DNA of 63,990 bases, the filler included, from Aduncisulcus paluster (Eukaryota): assembly GCA_024181965.1 (NCBI GenBank). It is 5 parts of 5 records of this genome, joined end to end, with 100 filler letters (N's around TTAATTAATTAA, not from the genome) between each part and the next. Parts side by side here need not be neighbours in the genome. Positions count along the whole stretch, not along the records: positions 12,671 to 38,341 come from BQXS01012657.1; 4 more parts are not named here. One strand, written 5' to 3'. Each line of letters opens with the position of its first letter. Position 1 is the stretch's first letter. Below, piece by piece: positions 21,601 to 33,674 of the stretch. Position numbers and translations under genes: made by a program. Below the pieces are notes generated by a model. It saw only the letters and a list, made by a program, of their open reading frames with translations. It searched no databases and was not told the DNA's origin.

Positions 21601-24600
21601 TGCAACACACCCAGATCCATCATAATATTCTTGATCAGAAGAGCAAGAACGAACACAGACGTCAGATTCATACGTGTATGTGACGGTGACACCATCCTCA
21701 ACAACCTCAATGGAGCCAGCTTTAATGGGAGTGAATTGATCAGATGAACATCTCAAATCACAATAGTACCCTGCAGAACAGTCGCCGGTTGGACTCTCAA
21801 GGCCACTAGTGGCACAGTATTGTCCCACGGAACAGGGGAGACAGTCCCACCGGGATGAACGTCCAGTTTGTGAATTGTAGGTTCCAAGCGGACATGATGA
21901 AGCAGTGATAGATCCTTCGGGACAATAATACCCAACGGGACACAGTCCTGCACTCGGAGTTCTTGAAGAGGTTCCTGTGGCACAGAAATATCCAGCAGCA
22001 CACAGAATAGTGGGTTCAACGGTGGCAGGGTTGACACATGCATACCCTTCTGTACACAATTGACAATCCGTTTCAGCGACAAGACCAGTCAAAGAAGCCG
22101 CACCGTCCCATCCCATCCTTCCAGCTGGACAAGGAGTGGGAGAAGAGGCTCCGGAGGGACAATAATACCCGGCAGGACATTCGATTGGGTCCTCTCCAGG
22201 CTTTGGACAATAAGTTCCAGCTGCACATGTCTTGCATGTGGACTGACCGACAACATCTTGATATTGACTCGCAGGACAATGAATGGGAGCATCAGACCCA
22301 GAGATACAGTAAGAGCCTACCGGACATATTCCAGCGGCAGGATTACTGACTTCAGACCCTGTCTCACAATAATACCCGGCCATACAAGACCCAGACACAT
22401 CGGACTCTCCTCCACTACAGTAACTACCGGCAGGACACATCAAGCAATCATCAGAACTAATGCTTCCAGTGTTGGGTTGGTAAGTTCCCGCCGGACAAGG
22501 CTGTGGGGTAGCAGTTCCTCCAGGACAATAATTACCTTCAGTGCACAGCTGATTCTCAGGGTCGGGATCTGTTTCGAGTACTTTGTGGATCAATCCTCTT
22601 CCAGTTATACAGGATCCATTTTCACAGTAATAACCTTGGAAGACAGGGAGACCAATATCAGCATCAGCAGTGCCATCTGCAACAACATAGGCTGACTCAG
22701 GACAGAATCTACCACTCGGGCAGGCAACACAGCCGCTAGAGCTTGTTGAACTTGTGGATGACTCAAACATGTAAGTTCCGGTGTCACAGGGAACAGGATC
22801 GGCATATTCGGCTGAAACATAGGCACTTAAACCAAGACAATAATATCCAGATGGACAGGCAAGCTCAGAGGAAGCACCTTTTGGACAATACTTCCCTTCA
22901 GAACAATCCACACAGGATTCTCCAGAACCAAGACCTAGGGATCTGTACGTACCTTCTTCACACGCCTCGATTGTAAGGCCAGTGTTACTGCATTTATATC
23001 CAGCAGGGCATTCATACTGCACAGACATTCCCATATCGGGACAGTACTTTCCTTCATCGCATGGAGTACAAGAGGATTGTCCAGCGATACTGTAAGTTCC
23101 AATATCACAAATGATAGGAATAGAGGATTGCAGAGGACAATAGTGGCCTGCAAGACACTCTATCTTATCAGCTTCACTGGCACCAGATCCAGTGGGACAA
23201 TAATAATTGGCAGGGCATTCCAAACCAGTAAGGGATGTAAGGTTTGTTGAATCACAGAAGTAGCCTGCTGGACAATCCAAGCAATCGTCTAGGGTTTTGG
23301 CACCAGTAAGAGGGTTGTACGTTCCTTTGGGACAGACAATGGCATCAGCAGTATCGGCAGTGCCAGCAGGACAATAATATCCTGCGGTACACAGCGTATC
23401 ACCACATGTATCCTCAGTGCATCCACCTCCACACATATATCCAGCCTTACATAATGGGAACACATCAGTGACAGCACCACCATCAGTGGCTGCATTGAAA
23501 TACATCCCCTCGTCGCTACAATAAACACCAGGAGGGCATGAGGAACAGTCAGTATCGGCGGTTAACCCAGTGTTTGTGCTATCACCGTCAAAGTTATCAT
23601 ATGTTCCTATGGCACACTGAAATAATGGAGTAATCGTGTTGGGTTCACAGTACCATCCACGGGGACATCTTGTTTTACCACTCACAGAACTATCGACACT
23701 CTTGCCAGAGCAGTAATATCCTTCAGGACACCCGTCACATGTGATGGCGCCAAGACTATCAATATATGTACCGGCTGCACAATGGATTGGAATGATTGCT
23801 CCAGCTGGACAGTAGAAATGGATAGGGCACTGATGAACAGCATCACCAGCGCTTTCACGACCATACTTATCAATGGAACCTCCTTCACAGATGTAACCTG
23901 CTTCACATATTCCAGATACAGCCGTAAGAGCCGTGGAATCACAATAATTTCCTCTGTCACAGCTAATACATTCACTACTATCAGTCAAATACTCCTTATT
24001 CGAGTAAGTTCCTTCACTGCATGCAATAGGAGCATCTGATCCTTCAGGACAGTAATACCCCGCAGGACAAGGCCCACTCGTAGTCAGTTCATCATCAGCA
24101 GCATCACGGGCAGGTGTAGGAGATGTATCTCCGCCCACACAGTAGTATCCGGCAGCACAGGCGCCACTCTCAGCGATAAGACCGTAACTATCACAATACT
24201 GACCTGGCGTACATGAACCACAGTCGGTGAGATCAGTATTGTTAGCACCACTTGAGAATGTTCCAGGAGGACATGGAATGGCTGCAATCATAGCAATGTC
24301 ATCGCAATACATTCCTTCACCACAATCCTCCATCGCAATCCTCCCTGAACTGTCATATGGACATATGTGGCCAGTGTCACAGTCGAGACAGGAGGCTTGG
24401 CCAATGTTGGGTTGGTATGTACCAGCGGGACAGGCAGTTTCACGAGAAGATCCAAGTTTGGCGAAATGACCCGCTGAAGCCTGGACAGGCTCTGTTCCAC
24501 TACCAGTTCCAGTTCCTTCGAGACAATATGAACCTGCGGCACATGCCACTCCATCCATAACCAGAGCAGTAGAATTACAATCACGTCCAGCGGTGCAAGC

Positions 24601-26766
24601 AACACAAATATCACTAGATTCACCGCCAGTATATTTGTTAAACGTTCCAAGGGGACAATCTTCGGGTTCGGTTGTATTCAGCTCACAATAATGCCCCTGT
24701 GGACACACTCCATTGGTGTCTCCGCTATCGTAGTCACCCTTAGGAGAGGAAACAGTGGCGCCACCACCACAGTAAAAACCAGCCTGGCACATTTCATCGG
24801 AATTTCCAGTAGGATCATGATCCATGGCTGTTGACGAACAGAAATAACCGCCTGGACAGCTGAGACAGTCAGCAATCTCACTCTCACCATTCAGAGCTGC
24901 ATTATAGGTTCCAATGGGACATGGGGTAGCCCCGGAAGATCCCTCAGGACAGTAGTACCCTTCAGGACAATCCTCGGGTACAATGGTTGCACCAGGACAG
25001 TAGTAACCAGCAGGACAGATAGTACAAACAGTGGCAGAATAACCTGCATCCGAGTAATAACTATAATACCCAGGGTCACATGGTTCTTCAGTGGGACTCG
25101 AAGAACCCTCCAGACATTCGTATCCATCGTCACAGATATCGTCAGAAGGATCGCTATCACCAGTTCCCAGACAGTAGAATCCTTCAGGACATGGCGAACA
25201 ACCAGTGCCGGTAATGGATGAATCGTCAGGGTCTACCTTGATCTTACCAGTGTCATTGGGACGGTATGTGCCCTTTGGACATGGATATTCAATGACAGAA
25301 CGCTCGGGACAATAGTATCCAGCCTTGCATCGTTGACAATTGGTATCTGCTGCATCTTCACATGGATCGGTCGCTGTGTCGATATTGGCTTCGATGATAT
25401 TGTGAGTTCCACCGGAACAATACATTCCTGCGGGGCAAGCCAGTGGTTTAGACACACCAGAGGGACAGTAATAACCCTTCGGACATGACACACAAGCAAG
25501 ACCCTCATTACTATATGTTCCAGGGTCACATGTCACAGGAGAAGAGGTTCCTGGTGAAGAACAGATCTGGCCTTCGGGACAATCGAGACATTCTGACTGG
25601 CCTGTCTGATCCTGATATTCTCCAATGGGACATTCAACGGCTTCATACGACCCTTCTGGACAGAAGTGACCAATAGTACATTGTTCACAGGAGCCTTGAC
25701 CAAGAGTATCCTGATATGTTCCAGCCTCACAAGGGTATTCACGTTTGTGTGTGGTTCCAACAGGACAATAATGTCCCAATGGGCACTTATAATCATCTCC
25801 ACTGTTCTCAACATCTGCGCTTCCATGTGGACAGAAGTAACCAACAGGACAGTCTTCACATTGGTCAACACCTGTATTGGTCCCATCCCCAGTTGAAATA
25901 CGAGTCCCTGGAGGACATGGATATTCTGTAGCTCTCTTCGTTCCACTTGGACAATAGTGTCCGGCAGGACAAGTTTGTTCAGGGGCAGTAGTACTTGTTA
26001 GATCATCTGGAAGCTCACAATACGTTCCTGCATCGCAAGAATCACACTGATAATGAGCATAGAGATCTGTGTCAAGTGTTTTTGTTCCTGGATAACATAT
26101 ATTACTGGTATTACTTGAAGTATTGATGGGACAGAAATGGTTGGATCCACAAGCATCTGTGGTGGTTGCAGTTGGACAAGCCGTACCACGTTCACAAGGA
26201 AGACAGTCAAGGATACCTAAACCTAAATAGTCGGTTATCATCCTTGTTCCAGCATCACAACTCGTCGAGGATGTAGCTCCTTGCCCACAATATACACCAT
26301 TCTTACATTCATTTGAGGAATCGACACAATCGCCAAGATATCCCATACCAGTGGCTGTAGTGACATAACCAGCAGGGCATATATTATGAGTCCCTTTGAA
26401 TGAACCGGCGGGACAAAAAAATCCTTCGGGACATGCCGTCGAATCAGTATCTCCATCGCAATATTGTCCTTCTGGACATAAAATACATTGATCTTGTGAA
26501 GTTAATCCCGAAATCGCGCTATACAATCCAAATCCTCCGTATGAACAATCATAAGATGTATCTGATCCGGTAATGGCAAAAGTTCCAGCAGGAGTAATAG
26601 TAGCAGTTGTACCGTTGCAAGTATATCCTGGTGGACAGGGGATACACCGATTATCATCACCATATGTCCCAGTAGGACAATCATATGCGTTAACTTCTAA
26701 AACATGAAAAAATAATAAAATTGATATAATGAAAATAATATATTGATAATGAAAGATTAATTTCAT
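12671..26766 (-). CDS. Giant type-I membrane protein: signal peptide, dozens of Cys-rich GCC2/GCC3 (ephrin-receptor-like) repeats, single TM helix, very long charged/coiled-coil cytoplasmic region
   Basis: Signal peptide MKLIFHYQYIIFIISILLFFHVLEVNA; about 2,300 aa of CPxGxYC repeats; TM WWLLIGILLCSIFATVASLIVTMSIF. The two listed ORFs are one gene split by the overlap 18956-19348 = 19369-19761; a second, in-frame artefactual duplication is 17148-17418 = 17439-17709. About 4,460 aa up to the spacer, with no stop. Confidence 0.85.
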
Positions 26767-27122
26767 TCTTATGATTATGTTGAACACTTTCTGTGTTATA
26801 CAAAGCCCTGATTTACATTTATCGGGGCTATCGATGAGAATATTTATTAGATTGTACATTATCGGTACTAAATCGGTTACAAAATTGTCATTTTGTATAT
26901 TTACTTTCTGAATTATTTTTATTTCCGGTCACTGCACACTTTCGGAATCAGCACTCCGAAATTACGACATATCTACCTTTGTATAACGGACTGATCTATA
27001 ATTGATATATCTGTTGAAAAAAACCTAAACTGAATCTTCAATTAACATATTTATTGCTTCTAAACACCAATAATCGTCGAAATAAATTTCCACCAATAAA
27101 TTTGCATCCAAATATACAAAAA

Positions 27123-28862
27123 TTATTCTTCAAAGAATTCTGCATACATGCTTCCCTCAGGAAGGAATTCTCTCAGAACACAACGTTCAGGAACAAACTC
27201 GGCAGGAATTGTTGCAAAATGTTGCAAAGATGCCAGTAATTCCCTGGCTCTTCCATAAGTTGGATCGGTCACTGGAATTGCTCTCAAAAGAGGAACAGCA
27301 AAAACCTTCAAAACTCCCAATTCATAATCCAATGAGGTATTGATGACAATTCCAGCGGTTTCAATCATATCAAAAATGATTTTCTTCTCAGCACGACGGA
27401 CATCTGGCCACATTGCAATATTCTTTGAAGCTGGGGTACCTCTGAACAGAGCATCTCTACATATTCTACGAACGAGTCTCAAATCCATTGGAGAAATGAG
27501 CCTCCGATCAACAACGGTCAATGGACAAACAAATACCTTCACCTTCTTATCAATGGGAATGTCGCTAGAACATCTATCGTCGTGGGAATTGATCCCTTCA
27601 ATGAAGATAACACCTTTGGGAGGCAAACGTAAGGGGAGACCTTTGGCGGCTCTTTTACCAAGTTTGAAGTTATATACAGGTATTTCAACCTCACGGCCTT
27701 TCAAAAGATCTGCAAGTTGCTGATTCAAGAGTTCGTGATCAAGACTCTCGACAATTTCCAAATTAAGATCACCCTTCTCATCTCTTGGCATTCTTGGATC
27801 ATCTGCATCGAGATAATAGTTATCAAGAGAGATCAATACAGGACGAATTCCATAACTACGCAAAAACATGGATATCTTCTGACTACTGGTTGTTTTTCCA
27901 CTGCTACTTGGACCAGCCAGACATATCAAGCGTTTGTTTTCTTTTTCAATAAACTCTGCCACTTTGAAATACTCTTTATCATGCTTGGCTTCACAGATAT
28001 GAATGAATTCTTTCACCCGATGTTCATGAACAGCCCTGTTGAGATATCCAATTCCAAGAATACCCTGGGCTTTGCACCATTCAGTGTGGGCACGGTAAGC
28101 AGCAATCTGTTTTGGCTGGTAATCAAAGGGAACAAGACAAGTCGGGTCACATGATGAAGGATATCTAACAATAAAACCATGTTCAAACTTGGAAACTTTA
28201 AAAACCTTTAAATAACCAAGGTGAGGAACAACAGGACCTATCCACAACTGTTTGAAGGAATTTTTCCTCTCGTCCCACTTGCATTCAACGAATTCAATCG
28301 TGGGATTATTTGTTTCAGCAATAATGTCAACAGTTCGGGTCATACGCTCCTTTTCGAGATATGAGATGGCAGCAGAGAAAGGAATGAAAACATGACGCAA
28401 TTTAAGTTCCATGTGAACAAACTTAAGCATATTTTCTTCGATTTTCTCGACATCATCTTCAGATATGCCTTCATCTTCCATTCCATCAAAATAACAAATT
28501 ATAGAACGGGAGGTAGTGTATGAATGGATCAACATTCGATCTGGAAATAGAGCCCGTGTTACTAATTCTGTCAAAAAATATAGAGAACGACGATAAATCA
28601 TAGCTCCAATGACGGTATCTCCATAGATTGGGGATATAGAACAATCATGGATAATGGGTTCAATTAGAGATGTTGCTTGATTATTGACATATGCCCCATA
28701 AATATCAATGATTTTGCCTTCTTTGTTCTTTTTTGTAGGGAAATGTTCGGTAACAAAAGACAAGAGAGGAGTTCCTATCTTAACTCCGACTGTTTTTTCC
28801 TCTGTCAGAGTAATTGTTACCATATTACTTTCAATTTCACTTGGTGCTTCTTCCTTTTCCAT
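27123..28862 (-). CDS. Bacterial-type nucleoside (uridine) kinase/PRK-family protein with N-terminal TGS/threonyl-tRNA synthetase editing-like domains
   Basis: P-loop LAGPSSSGKTT, ISLDNYY, DLRLVRRICRDALFRG, NTSLDYELGVLK, LREF. N-terminal YRRSLYF and GPVVPHLGYLKVF resemble the ThrRS N-terminus. Confidence 0.85.
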   Translation of the reverse strand: MEKEEAPSEIESNMVTITLTEEKTVGVKIGTPLLSFVTEHFPTKKNKEGKIIDIYGAYVNNQATSLIEPIIHDCSISPIYGDTVIGAMIYRRSLYFLTELVTRALFPDRMLIHSYTTSRSIICYFDGMEDEGISEDDVEKIEENMLKFVHMELKLRHVFIPFSAAISYLEKERMTRTVDIIAETNNPTIEFVECKWDERKNSFKQLWIGPVVPHLGYLKVFKVSKFEHGFIVRYPSSCDPTCLVPFDYQPKQIAAYRAHTEWCKAQGILGIGYLNRAVHEHRVKEFIHICEAKHDKEYFKVAEFIEKENKRLICLAGPSSSGKTTSSQKISMFLRSYGIRPVLISLDNYYLDADDPRMPRDEKGDLNLEIVESLDHELLNQQLADLLKGREVEIPVYNFKLGKRAAKGLPLRLPPKGVIFIEGINSHDDRCSSDIPIDKKVKVFVCPLTVVDRRLISPMDLRLVRRICRDALFRGTPASKNIAMWPDVRRAEKKIIFDMIETAGIVINTSLDYELGVLKVFAVPLLRAIPVTDPTYGRARELLASLQHFATIPAEFVPERCVLREFLPEGSMYAEFFEE

Positions 28863-29177
28863 CAATGTTGGCAAACCGTGAGCAGATTGCCATCCAGCTA
28901 TCTGCTCTATTTTTAGGAATTCTAAATATAAATTGAGAGATTTCTATTAATTACTAATCCGAAAATATTTTTAGTTTTATCCTCATTTTACCGGAGAGCT
29001 TGAAGCAGATTACCAAGGCTTGGTGATTTCGACAAATTTGATTTTTGCAAAAGCAGTGCTTCTATACTGCACATTCAACACCTTTAATTGAATGTTTACG
29101 TAAAAATTTAGGATTTATATAGGCTGATTTTAAGATAAATTGAAATTTTCTCCTGACAATAAATGTTTTTTACTTAT

Positions 29178-29223
29178 ATGACGGCCCGTCATTTGCCGGG
29201 CAAAACTCTGCACTTGTGCGAAA
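29178..29223. promoter_or_regulatory. Two abutting palindromes (ATGACGG-C-CCGTCAT; TTTGCC-G-GGCAAA) plus shared motif CAAAACTCTGCACTTGTGCGAAA
   Basis: Read directly from the sequence; the motif matches 9314-9336 at 21 of 23 positions. Confidence 0.4.
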
Positions 29224-29291
29224 AGAAAAAAACAAAAACTTCCTTTTGAAGAAATCTAAACAATGATTATAAGAGAAACATATTAATTCAG

Positions 29292-30506
29292 TCATTTAAG
29301 TTTCAATGAAGTAAGAACGGAGAGAGGTTCGTCAAATTTCTCAGGGGTGGCAACAGCAAGGTCAGGAAGATCATAAATCAAGAGGTCATCCTTTGAAGTG
29401 GCCATAGATTCAGCATATACCACCTTGAGCTCAGTTATGTATTTAGGAATAATTTGAGCCACGAATTTAAATTCAACCTCGAACACGTTAGTTACCTTTG
29501 TAATAAGTTGAGTTTCTCTTGGTTTAGACTTCTCCAAATCCATTAAAACTTGATCTCCCCAGAGTTTGGCCTGAGAAAGGAATCCGACACCAACTCCATG
29601 GGGATTCGAGCACATGTCGTCAGATTCTTGACGCCAATAATGTTCTCCGTGGAATCTATTTGATCTGAATAGGGAAAGATGGTAGAATGTTCTAACAATG
29701 GGGATAAAATGCTTTCCAAGATATTTCTTGACAAGAACTGCATCAACATGCTCCAACTTGTCCAAAATAGAAGCACAGCGCACAGATATCTGTTTGGCGA
29801 TCCCAGCAGCCTTGTCCCACATCACTTTAAGGCCAGTTCTTGGATCACCTTCCCCAAGATCAGAAGGAGATTCAGGTTCCTTCACAATGTCCATAATGTC
29901 GTTATCAACGAGTTTACGAAGGAGAAGAGCCTCTCTTCCGGCCATACAAAGTGTCTCCATGTGTCTAGCAAAGGAAACATTGCATTCAACGACATAAGGA
30001 GAGACATCTTCAGTAACACGGGGGATTGCCACGGAAGCCAGATAACCCCAGAGAGAAGTGGCAATTTTAAGATCACTCAATTTTGCATCATAGACCTCCT
30101 TGTGGAAAGCATGTCCAATAGGCGTATCTGTGGCACGACGCATGAGCAATATAGCTTTGGTGGCAAGGATCATCACAATTTCATAATCAAAAAGCTTTGA
30201 ACCGAAAAATTTTTTAGTGTTTGAACCATTTCCTGAGCTCCAATGGAATTCACTCTTACCAAGGAGACTCTTCTTATGAGTTTCACACCAAGAGACGAGG
30301 GCTTTTCTGACATCAAAAATAAGGGGGATATATTCATCAATACGAGAAATAATAGCCGTATAATTCTCTGATTTAAGAGCAGACTCAACTTGAGCCCGAG
30401 CATTGTTCACACGATGGACATCATCGAGAGATTCCTTCTCCCATTTAAAGAAATTGGTCAAGTTGGCGGGTTTTGTTTGAGGTACATTACAACTGAAGAA
30501 AAACAT
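29292..30506 (-). CDS. BRO1-domain protein (BROX-like, ESCRT-associated)
   Basis: About 400-aa helical protein with EYIPLI, FHWSSG, FDYEIVMILATKA, LKIATSLWGYL, HGVGVGFL, in the pattern typical of stand-alone BRO1 proteins. Confidence 0.7.
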   Translation of the reverse strand: MFFFSCNVPQTKPANLTNFFKWEKESLDDVHRVNNARAQVESALKSENYTAIISRIDEYIPLIFDVRKALVSWCETHKKSLLGKSEFHWSSGNGSNTKKFFGSKLFDYEIVMILATKAILLMRRATDTPIGHAFHKEVYDAKLSDLKIATSLWGYLASVAIPRVTEDVSPYVVECNVSFARHMETLCMAGREALLLRKLVDNDIMDIVKEPESPSDLGEGDPRTGLKVMWDKAAGIAKQISVRCASILDKLEHVDAVLVKKYLGKHFIPIVRTFYHLSLFRSNRFHGEHYWRQESDDMCSNPHGVGVGFLSQAKLWGDQVLMDLEKSKPRETQLITKVTNVFEVEFKFVAQIIPKYITELKVVYAESMATSKDDLLIYDLPDLAVATPEKFDEPLSVLTSLKLK

Positions 30507-31028
30507 TTTTTTCCCCTTTGATGTGTTATCAAAGGAGATTGTGAATTTCTGTTGGGCTGAGGCATCAAACTGATGGATATCTTCAAGTACTAAATATCAT
30601 CTCTGTGAATGAATAATTTTATTTGTTATTTTTATTGCGATTTTTTGGACCTAGATCCACTATTTTTCAATATATTCCTCTGATCGCGGATTGGAGTGTC
30701 TTTGCATAAAGGGCAATCGTGATGGGGGATAAAGTGGTTAAAACTGGTTTCTTACAGATATTTATTTAAGTTTTTACTCAGAAATTTTATAGAATATTGT
30801 TCTTCATCTTGTGTCGACAGTCTGACAGATCCCCGGGGTTACAAGCTATTTGGCAAAGAATAATAAATCAAATCAAATTTATATTCCATGTATAATCAGT
30901 GATATAGATTTAAAATGGAATTCACTTTTGTTGATTCTTGAAAGATCATATTGTGCAAATTGAAAGCGTGGGGTATCTTTTTTCCTAATATTTTTAATAT
31001 AACATATTAATATAGTTAAAGGCCCGCA

Positions 31029-33674
31029 ATGGATTCTGATGATTCTGTTCCTTCACTGTCTAGACCAATTCTTAGTTCTAGACCTTTATTCAAGCGGTCA
31101 ACACAATTTATTAGACCGAGTTCTCCATTAATACCTTCATATAAAAATTCTTATCACATAAATTCACGGCCTCATGTTGAGTTGACCTCTCCTTCTAGAA
31201 GTGGTTATAGTTCATCAAATTCTGTATTTCAAGCACCTTATTGTCTCCAATCTCATTTTTCAATTGCAAGGGCAGGTAGTGCAAAGCCTCAAAGGCCTTC
31301 TAGATCCCAAATAACTCGTGATGGTAAAGTTCCGTCTCATCCGAGTGTGACTCGTTCAATACGAAACAGATCATCTTCTATTCCAAAACAATGGTCAAAA
31401 CCACAATCTCATATATCAAGAGGAGTGAATTCTCGTTCCATTAGTCAATCAACAGCTCGAAGCGTACATCCATTGGAAGGGTATCCACGGGATTCTCAAT
31501 TGCTTGATTCATACCCTCATATTCGACAGCAATCACATTCACCATCTATACAATCGCCTTCGACAAAAAGACCTGATTTCCCCTTATCTCCAACTGTTCG
31601 ATCTCAATCTCATTCAGGACAATATCAGAGCACACATTATCGACATGGGGAACCCTTTATTAAAGATAGATATAGTGATGAGGCATATCGAGCTTCCTCG
31701 TCAACAAAATCTTCACATCTGCAGAAACCTCCTCTCCACGTAACAATGTCTCGAAGACCTTATGCTCATTTTCTGAATCCATCATCAAAATCCAAAAAAT
31801 CGACAAAGAAAGGGCATAAACAATCCTCTTCTCATCACCATTCATCATACTCTTCGACCTCTCCGTCGTCTCAACCTAGTTCTCCTATGATCTCACAAGA
31901 GATGTCTGAGGAGACATTTCAGGGATCTAAATATCGGGATGAAATGGATATAGAAAAATATCATTCTGAATATGCAAGTTTACAACGCTCTCCGGATTCT
32001 CAACCCTCTCATCCAATGAGATCGCATCATACGTCTAAAATAATTCAATTTGAGAAAGAAGGAGATCGTCATTGGGGTGGAAAGATATATTCTGCCGCTC
32101 CAGGTCCAAGTATTGATATGGGCCCGATCTCTCATCGCATACCTTCTCAGTCACAAAATATGATGCAATATCCTAACGTTAACTATCATAATATCCAACA
32201 TCTTTCTGAGCAAAAATGTCAGGAAGAAGAAGAGCTCAGTGATCAAGATAGAGGTCAGAGTTTTAGCACTACTGATTCCATCGAGTCTTCAGTAGGATCT
32301 AATTCAGGTTCATCAGTGTCTACATCCACATCGATTACGGCTTACTCAAGTACTTCTCACTCTGTCCGTGAAAAACATGTCATCCAACCTTCTCAACCAC
32401 TTCAAAGACCTGGGACAATTCCTCTTTCTCCTCCACACCTTATTCGAGACCCTCACGTCCATTTGCTCAGAAAAGAAGAGCAAGAAGTTATGAAAGCTCA
32501 AGAAAGAGAAGCTATCCTCCTTGGAGCTAAAGCACAAGCATTGAAAGAGAAAGAGGAGTTCTTGAAGAGAATGATGCTCACCCTTGAGAGGCAATCGAGC
32601 ATTAATACCCAAGCACAAACTCAGACTCAGACTCAAACTCAGACTCAGGTTCAACAAAAGGCTCAGGTTCAACAAAAGGATCAACCTAAGGATAAAGAAC
32701 AAAAGGATTATAAGGATACTCGCCATGATGCTTATTCTGGTATGAAACGAAGCATAGAGTCTGGAAACCAGAGTGAGAATAAGTATTTGACCGGTTCATT
32801 GTCTGAGTCTAAGCGCGATCAGGTCAAGAAAGACCTTCAAAAGGTTGGAGAACAAGCTAAGAAAGAGAGAGAGCGACTTGCAACTGGCAAAACTCGTCGA
32901 GAGTCTTCCTCTTCCTCGCCTTCTGTAACCCCACTTCAGCCAGAAAAGGTGCAGGGATCTAGTATTTTGGATAATGAGGGTGAGAATGATTCTATTTCGG
33001 GCACCATTGAGAAACAAAGTAAGAGGAGTGATCAGGCTGAATCGAGATTGGGCAAGTTCACCCGAGTTGCAAAGAAACTTGAAAGGGTCCAGACTCTCCA
33101 AGAAAGTCTTTCAAAACAAGCTCCTGTAATTCCACCAAATGTGATGAATCGACACACAAAAGTTGACATGAGTGTTAATGTTTCTCGTCTTTTGATGCCC
33201 TCCAGAAAGATTCCTGACTCATCTCCTGGATCTTTTGATGAAGAGCAAAGAAGGAAAACTGGCATTACTCCTCTTTCACCCTTAATTCTCTTCCCTCGCG
33301 ATCTTTCAAATCAGCAGATTCCTCTCGATTCAAAGCCCAGAGTCGGCAGGGAGGTCAGTGTTGAGAGAAAAGAATTGATTCAGAGCGATACACAGAATCA
33401 AAGCACCAGTGGTACACATAAAAGGTATAAAGGTCACAAGGAAGGGGGAAGAACAAAAAAGGAGGATTCACCTGCCATAGAGGATAAACCAAGGTCTAAG
33501 GTATCATTACGGAAAAAAATATCTTCTCCAACACATAGAAATCCTATTACTGTTAAGAAAGAATCTAAATATGATCCGGATTCTCCCGTGCGCCATGATA
33601 TTCCTTTGAGAGGTTCTTCTCTGGTTGTGGAAGAGGAAGATGATGATCAGCTTGGTTCTGGTTTCTTTGAATGA
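31029..33674 (+). CDS. Ser/Pro/His-rich, largely disordered hypothetical protein with a central coiled coil
   Basis: 881-aa ORF with ATG start; (TQ)n tract at about 32605-32650; no recognisable domain. Confidence 0.7.
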   Translation: MDSDDSVPSLSRPILSSRPLFKRSTQFIRPSSPLIPSYKNSYHINSRPHVELTSPSRSGYSSSNSVFQAPYCLQSHFSIARAGSAKPQRPSRSQITRDGKVPSHPSVTRSIRNRSSSIPKQWSKPQSHISRGVNSRSISQSTARSVHPLEGYPRDSQLLDSYPHIRQQSHSPSIQSPSTKRPDFPLSPTVRSQSHSGQYQSTHYRHGEPFIKDRYSDEAYRASSSTKSSHLQKPPLHVTMSRRPYAHFLNPSSKSKKSTKKGHKQSSSHHHSSYSSTSPSSQPSSPMISQEMSEETFQGSKYRDEMDIEKYHSEYASLQRSPDSQPSHPMRSHHTSKIIQFEKEGDRHWGGKIYSAAPGPSIDMGPISHRIPSQSQNMMQYPNVNYHNIQHLSEQKCQEEEELSDQDRGQSFSTTDSIESSVGSNSGSSVSTSTSITAYSSTSHSVREKHVIQPSQPLQRPGTIPLSPPHLIRDPHVHLLRKEEQEVMKAQEREAILLGAKAQALKEKEEFLKRMMLTLERQSSINTQAQTQTQTQTQTQVQQKAQVQQKDQPKDKEQKDYKDTRHDAYSGMKRSIESGNQSENKYLTGSLSESKRDQVKKDLQKVGEQAKKERERLATGKTRRESSSSSPSVTPLQPEKVQGSSILDNEGENDSISGTIEKQSKRSDQAESRLGKFTRVAKKLERVQTLQESLSKQAPVIPPNVMNRHTKVDMSVNVSRLLMPSRKIPDSSPGSFDEEQRRKTGITPLSPLILFPRDLSNQQIPLDSKPRVGREVSVERKELIQSDTQNQSTSGTHKRYKGHKEGGRTKKEDSPAIEDKPRSKVSLRKKISSPTHRNPITVKKESKYDPDSPVRHDIPLRGSSLVVEEEDDDQLGSGFFE

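Noticed and set aside
19740..26684. Many short alternative-frame and antisense ORFs within the Cys-rich gene (and within other long genes)
   Set aside because: Shadow ORFs caused by codon bias; no independent motifs.
19369..26766. Giardia-type variant surface protein
   Set aside because: Repeats are CPxGxYC type, the protein is far larger, and it has a huge cytoplasmic region rather than a CRGKA tail.
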